Shown here: piece after piece, positions 48,455-56,944 of the stretch | How the letters are laid out: every line of letters begins with the position of its first letter | How positions within the stretch are numbered: the first letter of the stretch is position 1 | Assembly (NCBI GenBank): GCA_938041035.1 | Contig: CALHYX010000010.1 | Location: 43,719 to 107,718, forward strand | Direction: 5' to 3' | DNA length: 64,000 bases | Origin: an uncultured Acidimicrobiales bacterium | GTDB taxonomy: Bacteria > Actinomycetota > Acidimicrobiia > Acidimicrobiales > SHLQ01 | Notes under the pieces: generated by a model | The model's input: only the letters and a program-made list of their open reading frames with translations | Database searches by the model: none | What the model was told of the DNA's origin: nothing | Made by a program: the position numbers and the translations under genes

Positions 48455-49783
48455 ATGAAACGCCTGCTTCTGGGGTTGCTCGCAGCCCTCTCCCTCTTCC
48501 TCGCCCCGGTCGGCGCCTCGGCCTCGCCGGAGTCGTCCCCATCAACGGAATCCTCGAGGTCCTCCGCCCCCTCGGTCGTCAATGTGGTGCACGGCATCCC
48601 CGGCGCCGATGACTTCCCGGTCGACATCTACGTCGATGGCGCGCTCGCTCTCCCGGGCGTCACCTTCGGCGCCGTCGCCGCGGGTGTCGAACTCCCCGCC
48701 GGCCCCCACCAGATCGACATTCGGGTCGCGGGCGCCGATGCAGCCAGCGCCCCCGCCCTGGCCGCCAACCTCAACTTCCGCGCCGGCCGCAACTATTCGG
48801 TCATCGCCCACCTGAGCGAGACCGGCGCCCCCCGCTTGTCCCGCATCTCGAACAACGTGCGCCCCGGTCTCGGTGAAGCCCGGGTTTCCGTGCGCCACCT
48901 CGCGGCCGCCCCGACCGTCGATGTGCTGGTTAACGGCGACGAGACCTTCACCATCAGCAACGCCCGCCGTCAGCGGGTCGCCGGTGCCGACCTGCCCGCC
49001 GCCACGTACTCCGTAAGCGTTGTCGCCGCCGCCGACAACTCCATCGTGGCGTTGCCGCCGACCGACCTGGCTCTCGCCGCCAACACGTTGACCGTCGTCT
49101 ACGCCGTCGGCGACTTCGGCAACGGCTCGTTCACGCCGATCGTGCAGACGATCGACCTCGACGCCGGTCCCGACATCTCCTCGGGCCCCGGCACGGTGAA
49201 CGTCGTGCACGGCATCCCCGGCGCCGATGACTTCCCGGTCGACGTCTACGTCGATGACGCCCTCGCACTTCCGGGCGTCACGTTCGGTGCGGTCGCCGCC
49301 GGCATCGACCTTCCCGCCGGTCGCCGCACCATCGCCATCCGTCCGGCCGGAGCGGATGCGTCCTCGGCGCCCGCCATCCAGAAGAAGCTGGTCATTGGAT
49401 CGAACATCAACTACTCGATCACCGCCTTCCTCAATGCCGACGGCGCTCCTCGCATCAACCGGGTGCGCAACGACATTCGGGCCCTCGATGGTGAGGCACG
49501 GGTCATCGTGCGCCACCTCGCCCTGGCTCCCACGGTGGACGTCCTCGTAAACGGGGCCGAGACCTTCACGCTCACGAACGCCCCGGGCCATCGTCAGGGC
49601 AAGGCCGTGGTTCCGGCCGGTACCTATTCGGTCAGCGTTGTCGCCGACGCCGACAACTCGATCGTCGCGCTGCCCGCGACCGACCTGGCCTTCGCTGCCG
49701 ACACCGTCACGGTGGTCTACGCGGTCGGCGACTTCGCCAACGGCTCGTTCACCCCGATCGTGCAGGTCATCCCCGCCGGCTGA
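48455..49783 (+). CDS. secreted protein with two tandem DUF4397 domains
   Basis: ATG 48455 has an AAGGA ribosome-binding site, followed by a signal peptide (MKRLLLGLLAALSLFLAPVGASA). Two about 200-aa repeats each begin VNVVHGIPGADDFPVD-YVD. Confidence 0.6.
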   Translation: MKRLLLGLLAALSLFLAPVGASASPESSPSTESSRSSAPSVVNVVHGIPGADDFPVDIYVDGALALPGVTFGAVAAGVELPAGPHQIDIRVAGADAASAPALAANLNFRAGRNYSVIAHLSETGAPRLSRISNNVRPGLGEARVSVRHLAAAPTVDVLVNGDETFTISNARRQRVAGADLPAATYSVSVVAAADNSIVALPPTDLALAANTLTVVYAVGDFGNGSFTPIVQTIDLDAGPDISSGPGTVNVVHGIPGADDFPVDVYVDDALALPGVTFGAVAAGIDLPAGRRTIAIRPAGADASSAPAIQKKLVIGSNINYSITAFLNADGAPRINRVRNDIRALDGEARVIVRHLALAPTVDVLVNGAETFTLTNAPGHRQGKAVVPAGTYSVSVVADADNSIVALPATDLAFAADTVTVVYAVGDFANGSFTPIVQVIPAG

Positions 49784-49956
49784 TCCCGCCGCTCCATCCA
49801 TCGCCCTCGATTGGGTGATCGTCGATGCCGTCACCGTCCCCGGTGGCGGCATCGTCGCGTCCGGGGCGAACCACCGGTTCTGACAGGTCGACGGCCTTTC
49901 GGGTAGCAAGGAGCACACGGGGACCGCCAGGGGAGATAGGGGAGACCGGGGGAGAC

Positions 49957-52257
49957 ATGGCCATCGCCGAGGACGAGACCACCAGCGACCAGACCACCAG
50001 CGACCAGACGACCACCGAGACGCATACGCGCACCTGTCCGCTGTGTGAAGCGATGTGCGGACTGCGCATCACCGTGGAAGCCGGTCAGCAGGTGAAGCTG
50101 ATCCGGGCCAACCAGGACGACGTGTGGAGCAAGGGCTATCTGTGCCCCAAAGGCACAACCCTCGGACACATGCATCACGACCCGGATCGGTTGACCATGC
50201 CGATGATCCGTACGGGCGATTCCTGGCGCGAAGCAACGTGGCCGGAGGCGTTCGCCGAATGCGAGCGGCTAATCCGGGGCGTCGTCGAGACCCACGGCAA
50301 AGAGGCGTTCACGGCCTACATCGGCAACCCGACGGTGCACAACTACTCGCTGTCGCGTTACGTGGGCGCCTTCACCGGCATGTCGGGCATCTCACCCATC
50401 TACTCGGCCGGCACGGTCGACCAATGGCCCAAGAACGTCTCGTCGGCGTTGCTGTACGGCAATCCGTGGGTCATCCCGACCCCGGATCTGGATCGCACCG
50501 ACATGCTCGTGATCATGGGCGCGAACCCCCAGGCGTCGCAGGGCAGTCTGCTCGCCGCCGCCGATGTACTCGGCCGCTGCGACGCGATTCGCGAGCGCGG
50601 TGGCACGGTGGTCGTCGTCGACCCCCGCCGCACGGGCACCGTCGATCACGCCGATGAGTGGCTGCCGATTCGCCCCGGTACCGACGCGGCGTTGTTGCTC
50701 GCCGTCATCAACGTCTTCGCCGCCGACGAACTGATCGACCTCGGCCGGATGGCCGAGTTTGTCGACGGGGTGGACGTCGTCGTGGCGGCCGCGGCCGACT
50801 TCACGCCGGAGGCGGTAGCCGAGACCTGCGCCATCCCCGCCGACCGCATCCGCCGCCTCGCCCATCAGCTGGCCGAGGCACCGACGTCGGTCGTGTATGG
50901 CCGGATCGGCACCTGCAACCAGGAGTTCGGCTCGTTGGCGTCGTGGCTGGTCGACGTGGTGAACATGTTGACCGGAAACTTCGACCGACCCGGAGGACTG
51001 ATGTTCTCCAGTCCGATGACCGAGCCGCTGGCCCATCTCCCTCGACCATCGCAGAACGGACCGGATGGGCGGGCGGCGTTCGGCCGGTGGACCAGCCGGG
51101 TTCGCGGTGCTCCCGAAGTGCTCGGCCAGGTCCCCGTGTCCTGCATGGCCGAGGAGATCGATACGCCGGGCGAGGGTCAGCTGCATGGCTTGATCACCAT
51201 CGCCGGCAACCCGGTGCTGTCGGCGCCGGAGTCGGCCCGCCTGGCTCAGGCACTCCCGATGCTCGACTGCATGATCAGCATCGACAACTGGCTGAACGAG
51301 ACGACGAAGCACGCCCACGTGATCCTGCCCGGCCAGGGGCACCTCGAACAGTCCCACTGTGACGAGATGATCTGGTCGTGGGCCATCCGGAACGCAGCGA
51401 AGTGGTCGCCCGCGTTGTTTCCGCCGCCCGACGATCACCCGCGCGAATGGGAGGTGTTGTTGACGGTCGCCGGATTGTTCATGGGGGCGGCGGCCGACGA
51501 GATCGATACCGCACTCCTCGACGACCTGTTCTTCGGCGGCGTGGTGGGCACGGTCGTGGCCGAGCCCACGTCGCCGATCCACGGTCGCGACCAGGCCGAG
51601 ATCGTGGCGGCCACGCCGGGACGGGGACCCGATCGGTTGGCGGACTTCTCGATCCGGCGTGGGGTGCACGGCGACCACTACGGGGCCAACCCCGATGGTT
51701 GGACGTTGGCCCGGCTCCAGGAGCATCCCGATGGCGTGGACCTGGGACCACTCGAGTCACGGCTGCCGGAGTTGTTGCAGACTCCGGACGGCCGAATCGA
51801 CATCGCCCCTGCCTACCTGCTGGCCGACCTCCCGCGCCTGCGCGCCCGCTTGGGTCGCTCCGAGGACGGGTTGGTCCTGGTGAGCCGCCGCCATCTCCGG
51901 TCGAACAACTCCTGGATGCACAACATCAAGGTTTTGGTGAAGGGGAAGGATCGTTGCACCTTGATGATCCACCCGGACGACGCCGAGGCGGCGGGGGTCA
52001 CCGCAGGTGCGAAGGCTCGGGTCAGTTCAGAGTCGGGCGAGGTGGAGATACCGGTGGAGGTCACCGATGAAATGATGCCCGGCGTGGTCAGCCTGCCCCA
52101 CGGGTGGGGCCATGATGTCGAGGGCACCCGGTTGTCGGTCGCTCGTGAACATGCGGGCGTGAACAGCAACCTGTTGGCCCCGGGCCACCTGGTCGACCCG
52201 TTGTCGGGCAACGCGATCGTGAACGGGATTCCGGTGGAGGTCACCCCCGCCGGTTAG
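49957..52257 (+). CDS. molybdopterin-dependent oxidoreductase, formate-dehydrogenase-like catalytic subunit (MopB superfamily), no selenocysteine codon
   Basis: An N-terminal 4Fe-4S motif (CPLCEAMCGL...CPKG) is followed by molybdopterin-binding segments (VIMGANPQASQG, TVVVVDPRRTG). The 766-aa ORF is continuous. Confidence 0.75.
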   Translation: MAIAEDETTSDQTTSDQTTTETHTRTCPLCEAMCGLRITVEAGQQVKLIRANQDDVWSKGYLCPKGTTLGHMHHDPDRLTMPMIRTGDSWREATWPEAFAECERLIRGVVETHGKEAFTAYIGNPTVHNYSLSRYVGAFTGMSGISPIYSAGTVDQWPKNVSSALLYGNPWVIPTPDLDRTDMLVIMGANPQASQGSLLAAADVLGRCDAIRERGGTVVVVDPRRTGTVDHADEWLPIRPGTDAALLLAVINVFAADELIDLGRMAEFVDGVDVVVAAAADFTPEAVAETCAIPADRIRRLAHQLAEAPTSVVYGRIGTCNQEFGSLASWLVDVVNMLTGNFDRPGGLMFSSPMTEPLAHLPRPSQNGPDGRAAFGRWTSRVRGAPEVLGQVPVSCMAEEIDTPGEGQLHGLITIAGNPVLSAPESARLAQALPMLDCMISIDNWLNETTKHAHVILPGQGHLEQSHCDEMIWSWAIRNAAKWSPALFPPPDDHPREWEVLLTVAGLFMGAAADEIDTALLDDLFFGGVVGTVVAEPTSPIHGRDQAEIVAATPGRGPDRLADFSIRRGVHGDHYGANPDGWTLARLQEHPDGVDLGPLESRLPELLQTPDGRIDIAPAYLLADLPRLRARLGRSEDGLVLVSRRHLRSNNSWMHNIKVLVKGKDRCTLMIHPDDAEAAGVTAGAKARVSSESGEVEIPVEVTDEMMPGVVSLPHGWGHDVEGTRLSVAREHAGVNSNLLAPGHLVDPLSGNAIVNGIPVEVTPAG

Positions 52258-52925
52258 CGCTGGGAGCTCAGTACGTCGTCGAACGACACGGGGGAGTTGG
52301 ACACGGGGGCGGTGTCCGCTTCGTCGGCTCCCGATTCGGCGGCGGAGCGCGCCGCTTGCTTCGTCGCCCCTCGGGCTCGAGCGACTCGGACGCGGCGCAC
52401 GAAAAGCGCCAGCACCGTGGCGATCACGACGAACTGGGTCACCCGGAAAGCGGGGTGACCGACATCGGTGCCCGCCATGAACAGGTGCACGGTGGAGGTC
52501 GCCCACACGACGAAGCTGAGCATGTGGATGGCGCGCCAGACCCGGTTGGGGATCCGCGATCGCAGCAGCGAGGTCGCCTCGACGGCGACCACGAGCCAGA
52601 ACGCGACGATGCCCCACGCGACCGACCCCGGCTGCCACGTGGACGCCATGGGGACGAAGAGCTCTCGGAGCCCGAACTCGACAAAGTTGTCGGGGATCAG
52701 GGCGAGCATGTGGATCGTGAGGAAGGTGAGCGACAGCATCGACAGGAAGCGGTGCAGGTCGATCGGCCAGCCGGTGGGCAGCAGCCGCGAATCCCGCGTC
52801 GACATCGTCATGCCGGCGATGACCGAAAGGCTGAGCAGGATCCACGCGATGATGCCGGCCGCCCGGCTGGTGAACCACCAGATCTGGTCGACGAGGTCGA
52901 CGCCGGGTATGCCCACCTGGGCGAG
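52254..52925 (-). CDS. ferric-reductase-like transmembrane heme-binding protein (MsrQ/FRD-domain like)
   Basis: Six TM helices with paired His residues (HRFLSMLSLTFLTIHML, HMLSFVVWATSTVHLF). The GTG start is taken next to the ApbE stop, and the upstream part of the track ORF is out-of-frame overlap. Confidence 0.5.
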   Translation of the reverse strand, partial: LAQVGIPGVDLVDQIWWFTSRAAGIIAWILLSLSVIAGMTMSTRDSRLLPTGWPIDLHRFLSMLSLTFLTIHMLALIPDNFVEFGLRELFVPMASTWQPGSVAWGIVAFWLVVAVEATSLLRSRIPNRVWRAIHMLSFVVWATSTVHLFMAGTDVGHPAFRVTQFVVIATVLALFVRRVRVARARGATKQAARSAAESGADEADTAPVSNSPVSFDDVLSSQR

Positions 52926-52930
52926 CGCGC

Positions 52931-53914
52931 TCACCGGTGACCACCGGCGGTCGGCGCAACTTCCGCGCCTCCGGCGTCGGCCGTGCTCTGGTCCACGCGG
53001 TGAGCCAGGCCGAGGTCGACGATGTCGTCGTCGGTGAAAACGAGGGCCCGGGCCTGCCAGGCCTCGAGTTGGTCGCGGCCAACCGTGGGATCGATGACCA
53101 ACGTCTTGGCGACGACATCGGCCCACCAGGCGTCGGCGGCGAAGACGGTCGCGGCCAGACGAGGGGACTGCGACGGAGCGCCGGTGGCCGGGTCGAGCAG
53201 ATGGTGGTGGGTGCATCCGTTCCGGTTCCACCGACGACCCATCGTGCTGCTCGTCGCCAGCGCGCCACCGGCGATGTGGGTGGTGGCCCACGGTGCACCG
53301 GGGTTGCGGGCGTCGTCGATCCGCACGAGCTGGCCCCGCTCGTGGAGTTCGGTGCCGCCGAAGCGAATGTCACCGCCGAGCGACACGATCGCCCAGCGGG
53401 CACCGGCGTCGAGGAGGTCCTCGACCAGCAGGTCGGCGGCCAAACCCTTGCCGAGACCGCCCGGGTCAAAGGCGGCGCCGTGGGGCAGACGCACGGACGC
53501 GCCGTCAAAGACGACCTCGGAGGCGAGCGCGACATCGGGCGACGCCGCGTTGGCCTCCGATCGCTGGGGCGGCGAGACGGGCTTCTCGAGATCTTCGTGG
53601 GTGCGGTCGTACCCGAGGGCGTTCAGTTCGTTCAACAACAGCGGGTTGAACACTCCGGCGGTGCGTTCGCTCGCCTCGATCGCCCTCCGGATCAGCTGGG
53701 CGGTCACCTCCGACACCGCGACAGCAGCTCCGCCGGCAGCGTTCAGTTGGGAGATTTCACTGGTGGGTCGAAAACGACTCCACCGGGCTTCGATGTCCTC
53801 GAGCCGGTGGACGGCGCCGACGAGCGGCGCTTCGAGGTCGGCCACGATCCGGCACGATGACCCCAGGCCGCGGAAGCTGATTTCGTGCAGGCGCAGGGCC
53901 GCCGTGGTCGTCAT
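52931..53914 (-). CDS. apbE: FAD:protein FMN transferase ApbE
   Basis: The ApbE-family motifs are present (GGLGKGLAADL, IVSLGGDIRFGG, HHLLDPATG). Confidence 0.75.
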   Translation of the reverse strand: MTTTAALRLHEISFRGLGSSCRIVADLEAPLVGAVHRLEDIEARWSRFRPTSEISQLNAAGGAAVAVSEVTAQLIRRAIEASERTAGVFNPLLLNELNALGYDRTHEDLEKPVSPPQRSEANAASPDVALASEVVFDGASVRLPHGAAFDPGGLGKGLAADLLVEDLLDAGARWAIVSLGGDIRFGGTELHERGQLVRIDDARNPGAPWATTHIAGGALATSSTMGRRWNRNGCTHHHLLDPATGAPSQSPRLAATVFAADAWWADVVAKTLVIDPTVGRDQLEAWQARALVFTDDDIVDLGLAHRVDQSTADAGGAEVAPTAGGHR

Positions 53915-54600
53915 CCGCTCGGCGTGGTGATCGGCGGCAGCGTCGTGCTGGTGGTGGAGGTCGTGGTCGTCACCGCGGTGGTCGGCGGCGGTGGCGGCGG
54001 CGTGGGGGCCGCGGTGGTCGGCGGTGGCGGTGCTGGTGGAGATGGTGCGGGCGCCGCGGTGGTGGGTGGGGGAGGAGGCACGGGTGCGGGGGGAGCCGGC
54101 GGAGGCGGCGCGGGTGCCGGTGCTGGAGGTGAGGGTGCGGGCGGGGGTGGTGCCGGCGCGGCCGGTGGTGGTGCTGGGGACGGAGGCGGCGCGACCGGTG
54201 GCGCGGTGGGCCTCGGAGTCGTCGGCGGCTGCGTGGCCGACGGAGTTGTCGGTGCCGGGTTGCCCGGTGTCGCCGAGACGTTGAACGTCGTGGTCGGGGC
54301 CGCCGCCACAGTGGTGGTCGGCTCACCGAGGAGGAAGGTGGTGGTCGGCAGCAGCTCGGGGGGGATGAAAACGAGAGGACCGGTGCGGTCGGACCCGGTA
54401 CTGGTCGGCGACGGGTCGGTGGGGTCGAGGGGCGCGGCGGGGTCGACGACTCGAGGAAGGGCGAGTGCGTCGACCGGCTGGCCCGGGTCGGGTGAGGCGG
54501 CGACGGGACCGAGGGCGCTGATCACGCCCGCGAAACCGGCGACGCTGGCCGTGCCGAGCGATGCGCGAACGATGCGAAGTCCGGTGGACCGTGACCGCAA
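53911..54600 (-). CDS. proline/threonine-rich secreted protein (operon with apbE)
   Basis: The N-terminus is signal-like (MRSRSTGLRIVRASLGTASVAGFAGVISA), followed by a long PPAP/TT low-complexity region. The stop overlaps the apbE start. The mirror ORF on the + strand is Gly-rich and less plausible. Confidence 0.4.
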   Translation of the reverse strand: MRSRSTGLRIVRASLGTASVAGFAGVISALGPVAASPDPGQPVDALALPRVVDPAAPLDPTDPSPTSTGSDRTGPLVFIPPELLPTTTFLLGEPTTTVAAAPTTTFNVSATPGNPAPTTPSATQPPTTPRPTAPPVAPPPSPAPPPAAPAPPPPAPSPPAPAPAPPPPAPPAPVPPPPPTTAAPAPSPPAPPPPTTAAPTPPPPPPTTAVTTTTSTTSTTLPPITTPSG

Positions 54601-54787
54601 TCTCTCACCCTTCCCATTCGCCCAGCCCCGAAGCGTCAGCCCCGGTGGGGCGACGATCGGTGAAGGAGCATCCTCAAACCTGAACCCCCTTCATCGACCC
54701 GATCCGGCGGGGACTTGATCGCGGTGGGTCGATCGACCCACCCCGCCGATTTCGGATTGTTGGCGGTGGCCAACCGCCCCGCGTGGG

Positions 54788-55636
54788 CTACCAGAGGGGG
54801 TCGCGGGAGAGCAGCTTGGCGAGCTCGGATGCCTGGTCGTCGAGCGTGGCTATGACCCCGGCGGGCAGCGTCTGGTTCGACGCGGCGGTGATCGCCTCGC
54901 TCGTGGCTTCCGAGTCATCGATGGCGACGCCGCGTAACCGGCGGCGGAGTGAAGCGGGGACCCTGGTGGCCACGTCGACCAGACCCCGGTCGTGCAGAAA
55001 CCTCATCGCGGGGCGGTACGTGCCCTTGGCGGCGCTGCGGTTATAGGCCGCGCCCGGTCGATCGACCGGCGCCAGCCCGAGGTGGGCGAGCACCCGATGC
55101 CATTCCTCGTCGTCCGGCCCGGTGAGCTCTTCGAAGCTCACCACCAGGAGTTGGTCCCGCAGACCGTGACGGTGCAACGCTCGCACGACATCGGCGTAGC
55201 AACTGCGGCTGACGTAGGGGGACCCGACCGCGGTGGCCTCGGCCAGAGGACGGGCCTCCCGGCCCCGCTGAACCTCGTGTCGATAGTGCGATCGCAGCCG
55301 TTCGACGGGGTCGCGCACCAAATAGATGAGCCGGGCGGCGGGCAGCCAGGCGGCGATGGTCGCGGCGGTGACGTCGATGGTTTTCGCATCGGCGTAGTTC
55401 GCCGAAGCCTCTCCCGTGACCCGTTCATCAGGGGCGTCGGCGAAATGGGCGGCGTAGGCATCGATCCCCAGGCCGACCCGATCGGGGTCATCGAGAAACT
55501 GGGGCTCCTTGCCCTCGGGCAGCCAGACGGCATCGTGCTGTTCGAGCCACCGCCACAAGGTCGTCGTACCGGCCTTCATGGCGCCAATGATCACGAAGTC
55601 GGGAAGTCGGGAGCCAGCCATGCTGAGGTAAGTCAA
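54788..55636 (-). CDS. sulfotransferase family protein (PAPS-dependent)
   Basis: The 5'-PSB loop IIGAMKAGTTTL and the 3'-PB motif YLVRDPVERLRSHY are present. Confidence 0.7.
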   Translation of the reverse strand: MTYLSMAGSRLPDFVIIGAMKAGTTTLWRWLEQHDAVWLPEGKEPQFLDDPDRVGLGIDAYAAHFADAPDERVTGEASANYADAKTIDVTAATIAAWLPAARLIYLVRDPVERLRSHYRHEVQRGREARPLAEATAVGSPYVSRSCYADVVRALHRHGLRDQLLVVSFEELTGPDDEEWHRVLAHLGLAPVDRPGAAYNRSAAKGTYRPAMRFLHDRGLVDVATRVPASLRRRLRGVAIDDSEATSEAITAASNQTLPAGVIATLDDQASELAKLLSRDPLW

Positions 55637-55672
55637 TCAGACTGTGGGAGCATGTTGGTGAGGGAGGAAACG

Positions 55673-55858
55673 ATGGCCGAAGATCTGATCACCACCACCG
55701 AAGCAGCGCGTCTGTTGGGCGTGCCCGTGCCTCGTTTGCTCGACCTTGTCCTCGACGGCTCCGTACAGATTCAACAGCACGGTCGCGGGGTCCGCGTGCG
55801 GCGCGCCGACATCGAGGTTTTGCTCGAGTCCGGCGATGTGGTCGACCTGACCGACTGA
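55673..55858 (+). CDS. small helix-turn-helix DNA-binding protein (excisionase/MerR-like HTH_17)
   Basis: The 61-aa product (ITTTEAARLLGVPVPRLLDLVLDGSVQ) is preceded by a strong GGGAGG ribosome-binding site. Confidence 0.5.
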   Translation: MAEDLITTTEAARLLGVPVPRLLDLVLDGSVQIQQHGRGVRVRRADIEVLLESGDVVDLTD

Positions 55859-55871
55859 GTGCCCGAGTGGC

Positions 55872-56912
55872 TCAGGCGCCGACGTCGGTGCCGACCGGGC
55901 GTCCGTCGACGATCTGATCCAGGTACTCGCTCATGCCGATGCCGACGTGGCCGTTGCACTCGTATCGGGTCATCGCCTCGGTGATGCGGGTTTGGAGCTT
56001 CTCACCGTCGGGGGTGCTGCGGCGATTCCGCAGCGGGATGAGCGACAGCACCTCGCCGGTGATGTCGTACTCCTCGTGGTCGGTGCGGGCCCAGCACTTC
56101 ATGCGGGTCTGATACAGGTCATCATCCCATTCCGACTCGATGCGGCAATCACGGATCTCGTGGTATTCGTCGCCGACCAGGACCATCCCGCCGGTACGCA
56201 CGGGGCTCGCGGGGTCGGCGTCGCGGGCCACGATCGACAACATCATGGCGAAGTCGGGCGAAAAGACCATCGGCATCCAGCGATACCAGGCCAGCGCCTG
56301 CCAGTACCTCGGCCCCCAGGACTTGTCCCGGAGCCCGAGTCCGTCGATCGCCAGCTCATAGTCGCCGACCTGGATGACGCCCTTCACGGCGGTGTGTTGT
56401 TCGTAGTGGGCCTTGTAGAAGCTGTTCTTCGCGTCCTGCACGATGTCGGTTCCGTCGGGGTTCACCCACCGCCCGCCGAGCATGGGTGAGACACCGTGGT
56501 AGTCGAGATCCACCCGGCATTCGACGAACGGGTTCTCCTTGAACGCGGTGCGGGGGTCGGCCATCTGCCGGGGTTCGTCGAGGAGGCAGACCTTTCCATC
56601 GAAGGTCACCCGCAGGTGTTCAAACGGTTCGATCACACTGATCTCGAGCCCACCGGCCTTCATCTCGGTGTTCGTTTCGATCGCGGGGCGGCCGTAGAGA
56701 AAACCCACCTTGCCTTCGGGGAGGTAGGTGCAGACGGTCATCTCGGCGTAGCCCTCGTTCACCCGGTTCCCGAGCCGGAACCACCCGCCGAGTTCCGCCT
56801 CGAGGTCGAACGCGTTGAGGTACATCGACTCGTTGTAGTTGACCGCGTCATCGGGTTCGTGGGGGTACTCGTCCTCGGGATCGAGCACGGTGAGTACGTC
56901 GCTGCTGGCCAT
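55872..56912 (-). CDS. conserved hypothetical protein
   Basis: A 346-aa ORF with coding-like composition and no motif I can assign. Confidence 0.45.
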   Translation of the reverse strand: MASSDVLTVLDPEDEYPHEPDDAVNYNESMYLNAFDLEAELGGWFRLGNRVNEGYAEMTVCTYLPEGKVGFLYGRPAIETNTEMKAGGLEISVIEPFEHLRVTFDGKVCLLDEPRQMADPRTAFKENPFVECRVDLDYHGVSPMLGGRWVNPDGTDIVQDAKNSFYKAHYEQHTAVKGVIQVGDYELAIDGLGLRDKSWGPRYWQALAWYRWMPMVFSPDFAMMLSIVARDADPASPVRTGGMVLVGDEYHEIRDCRIESEWDDDLYQTRMKCWARTDHEEYDITGEVLSLIPLRNRRSTPDGEKLQTRITEAMTRYECNGHVGIGMSEYLDQIVDGRPVGTDVGA

Positions 56913-56944
56913 GGTTGTCCCTCGGTTGGTCGTGTGGCGAGAGC

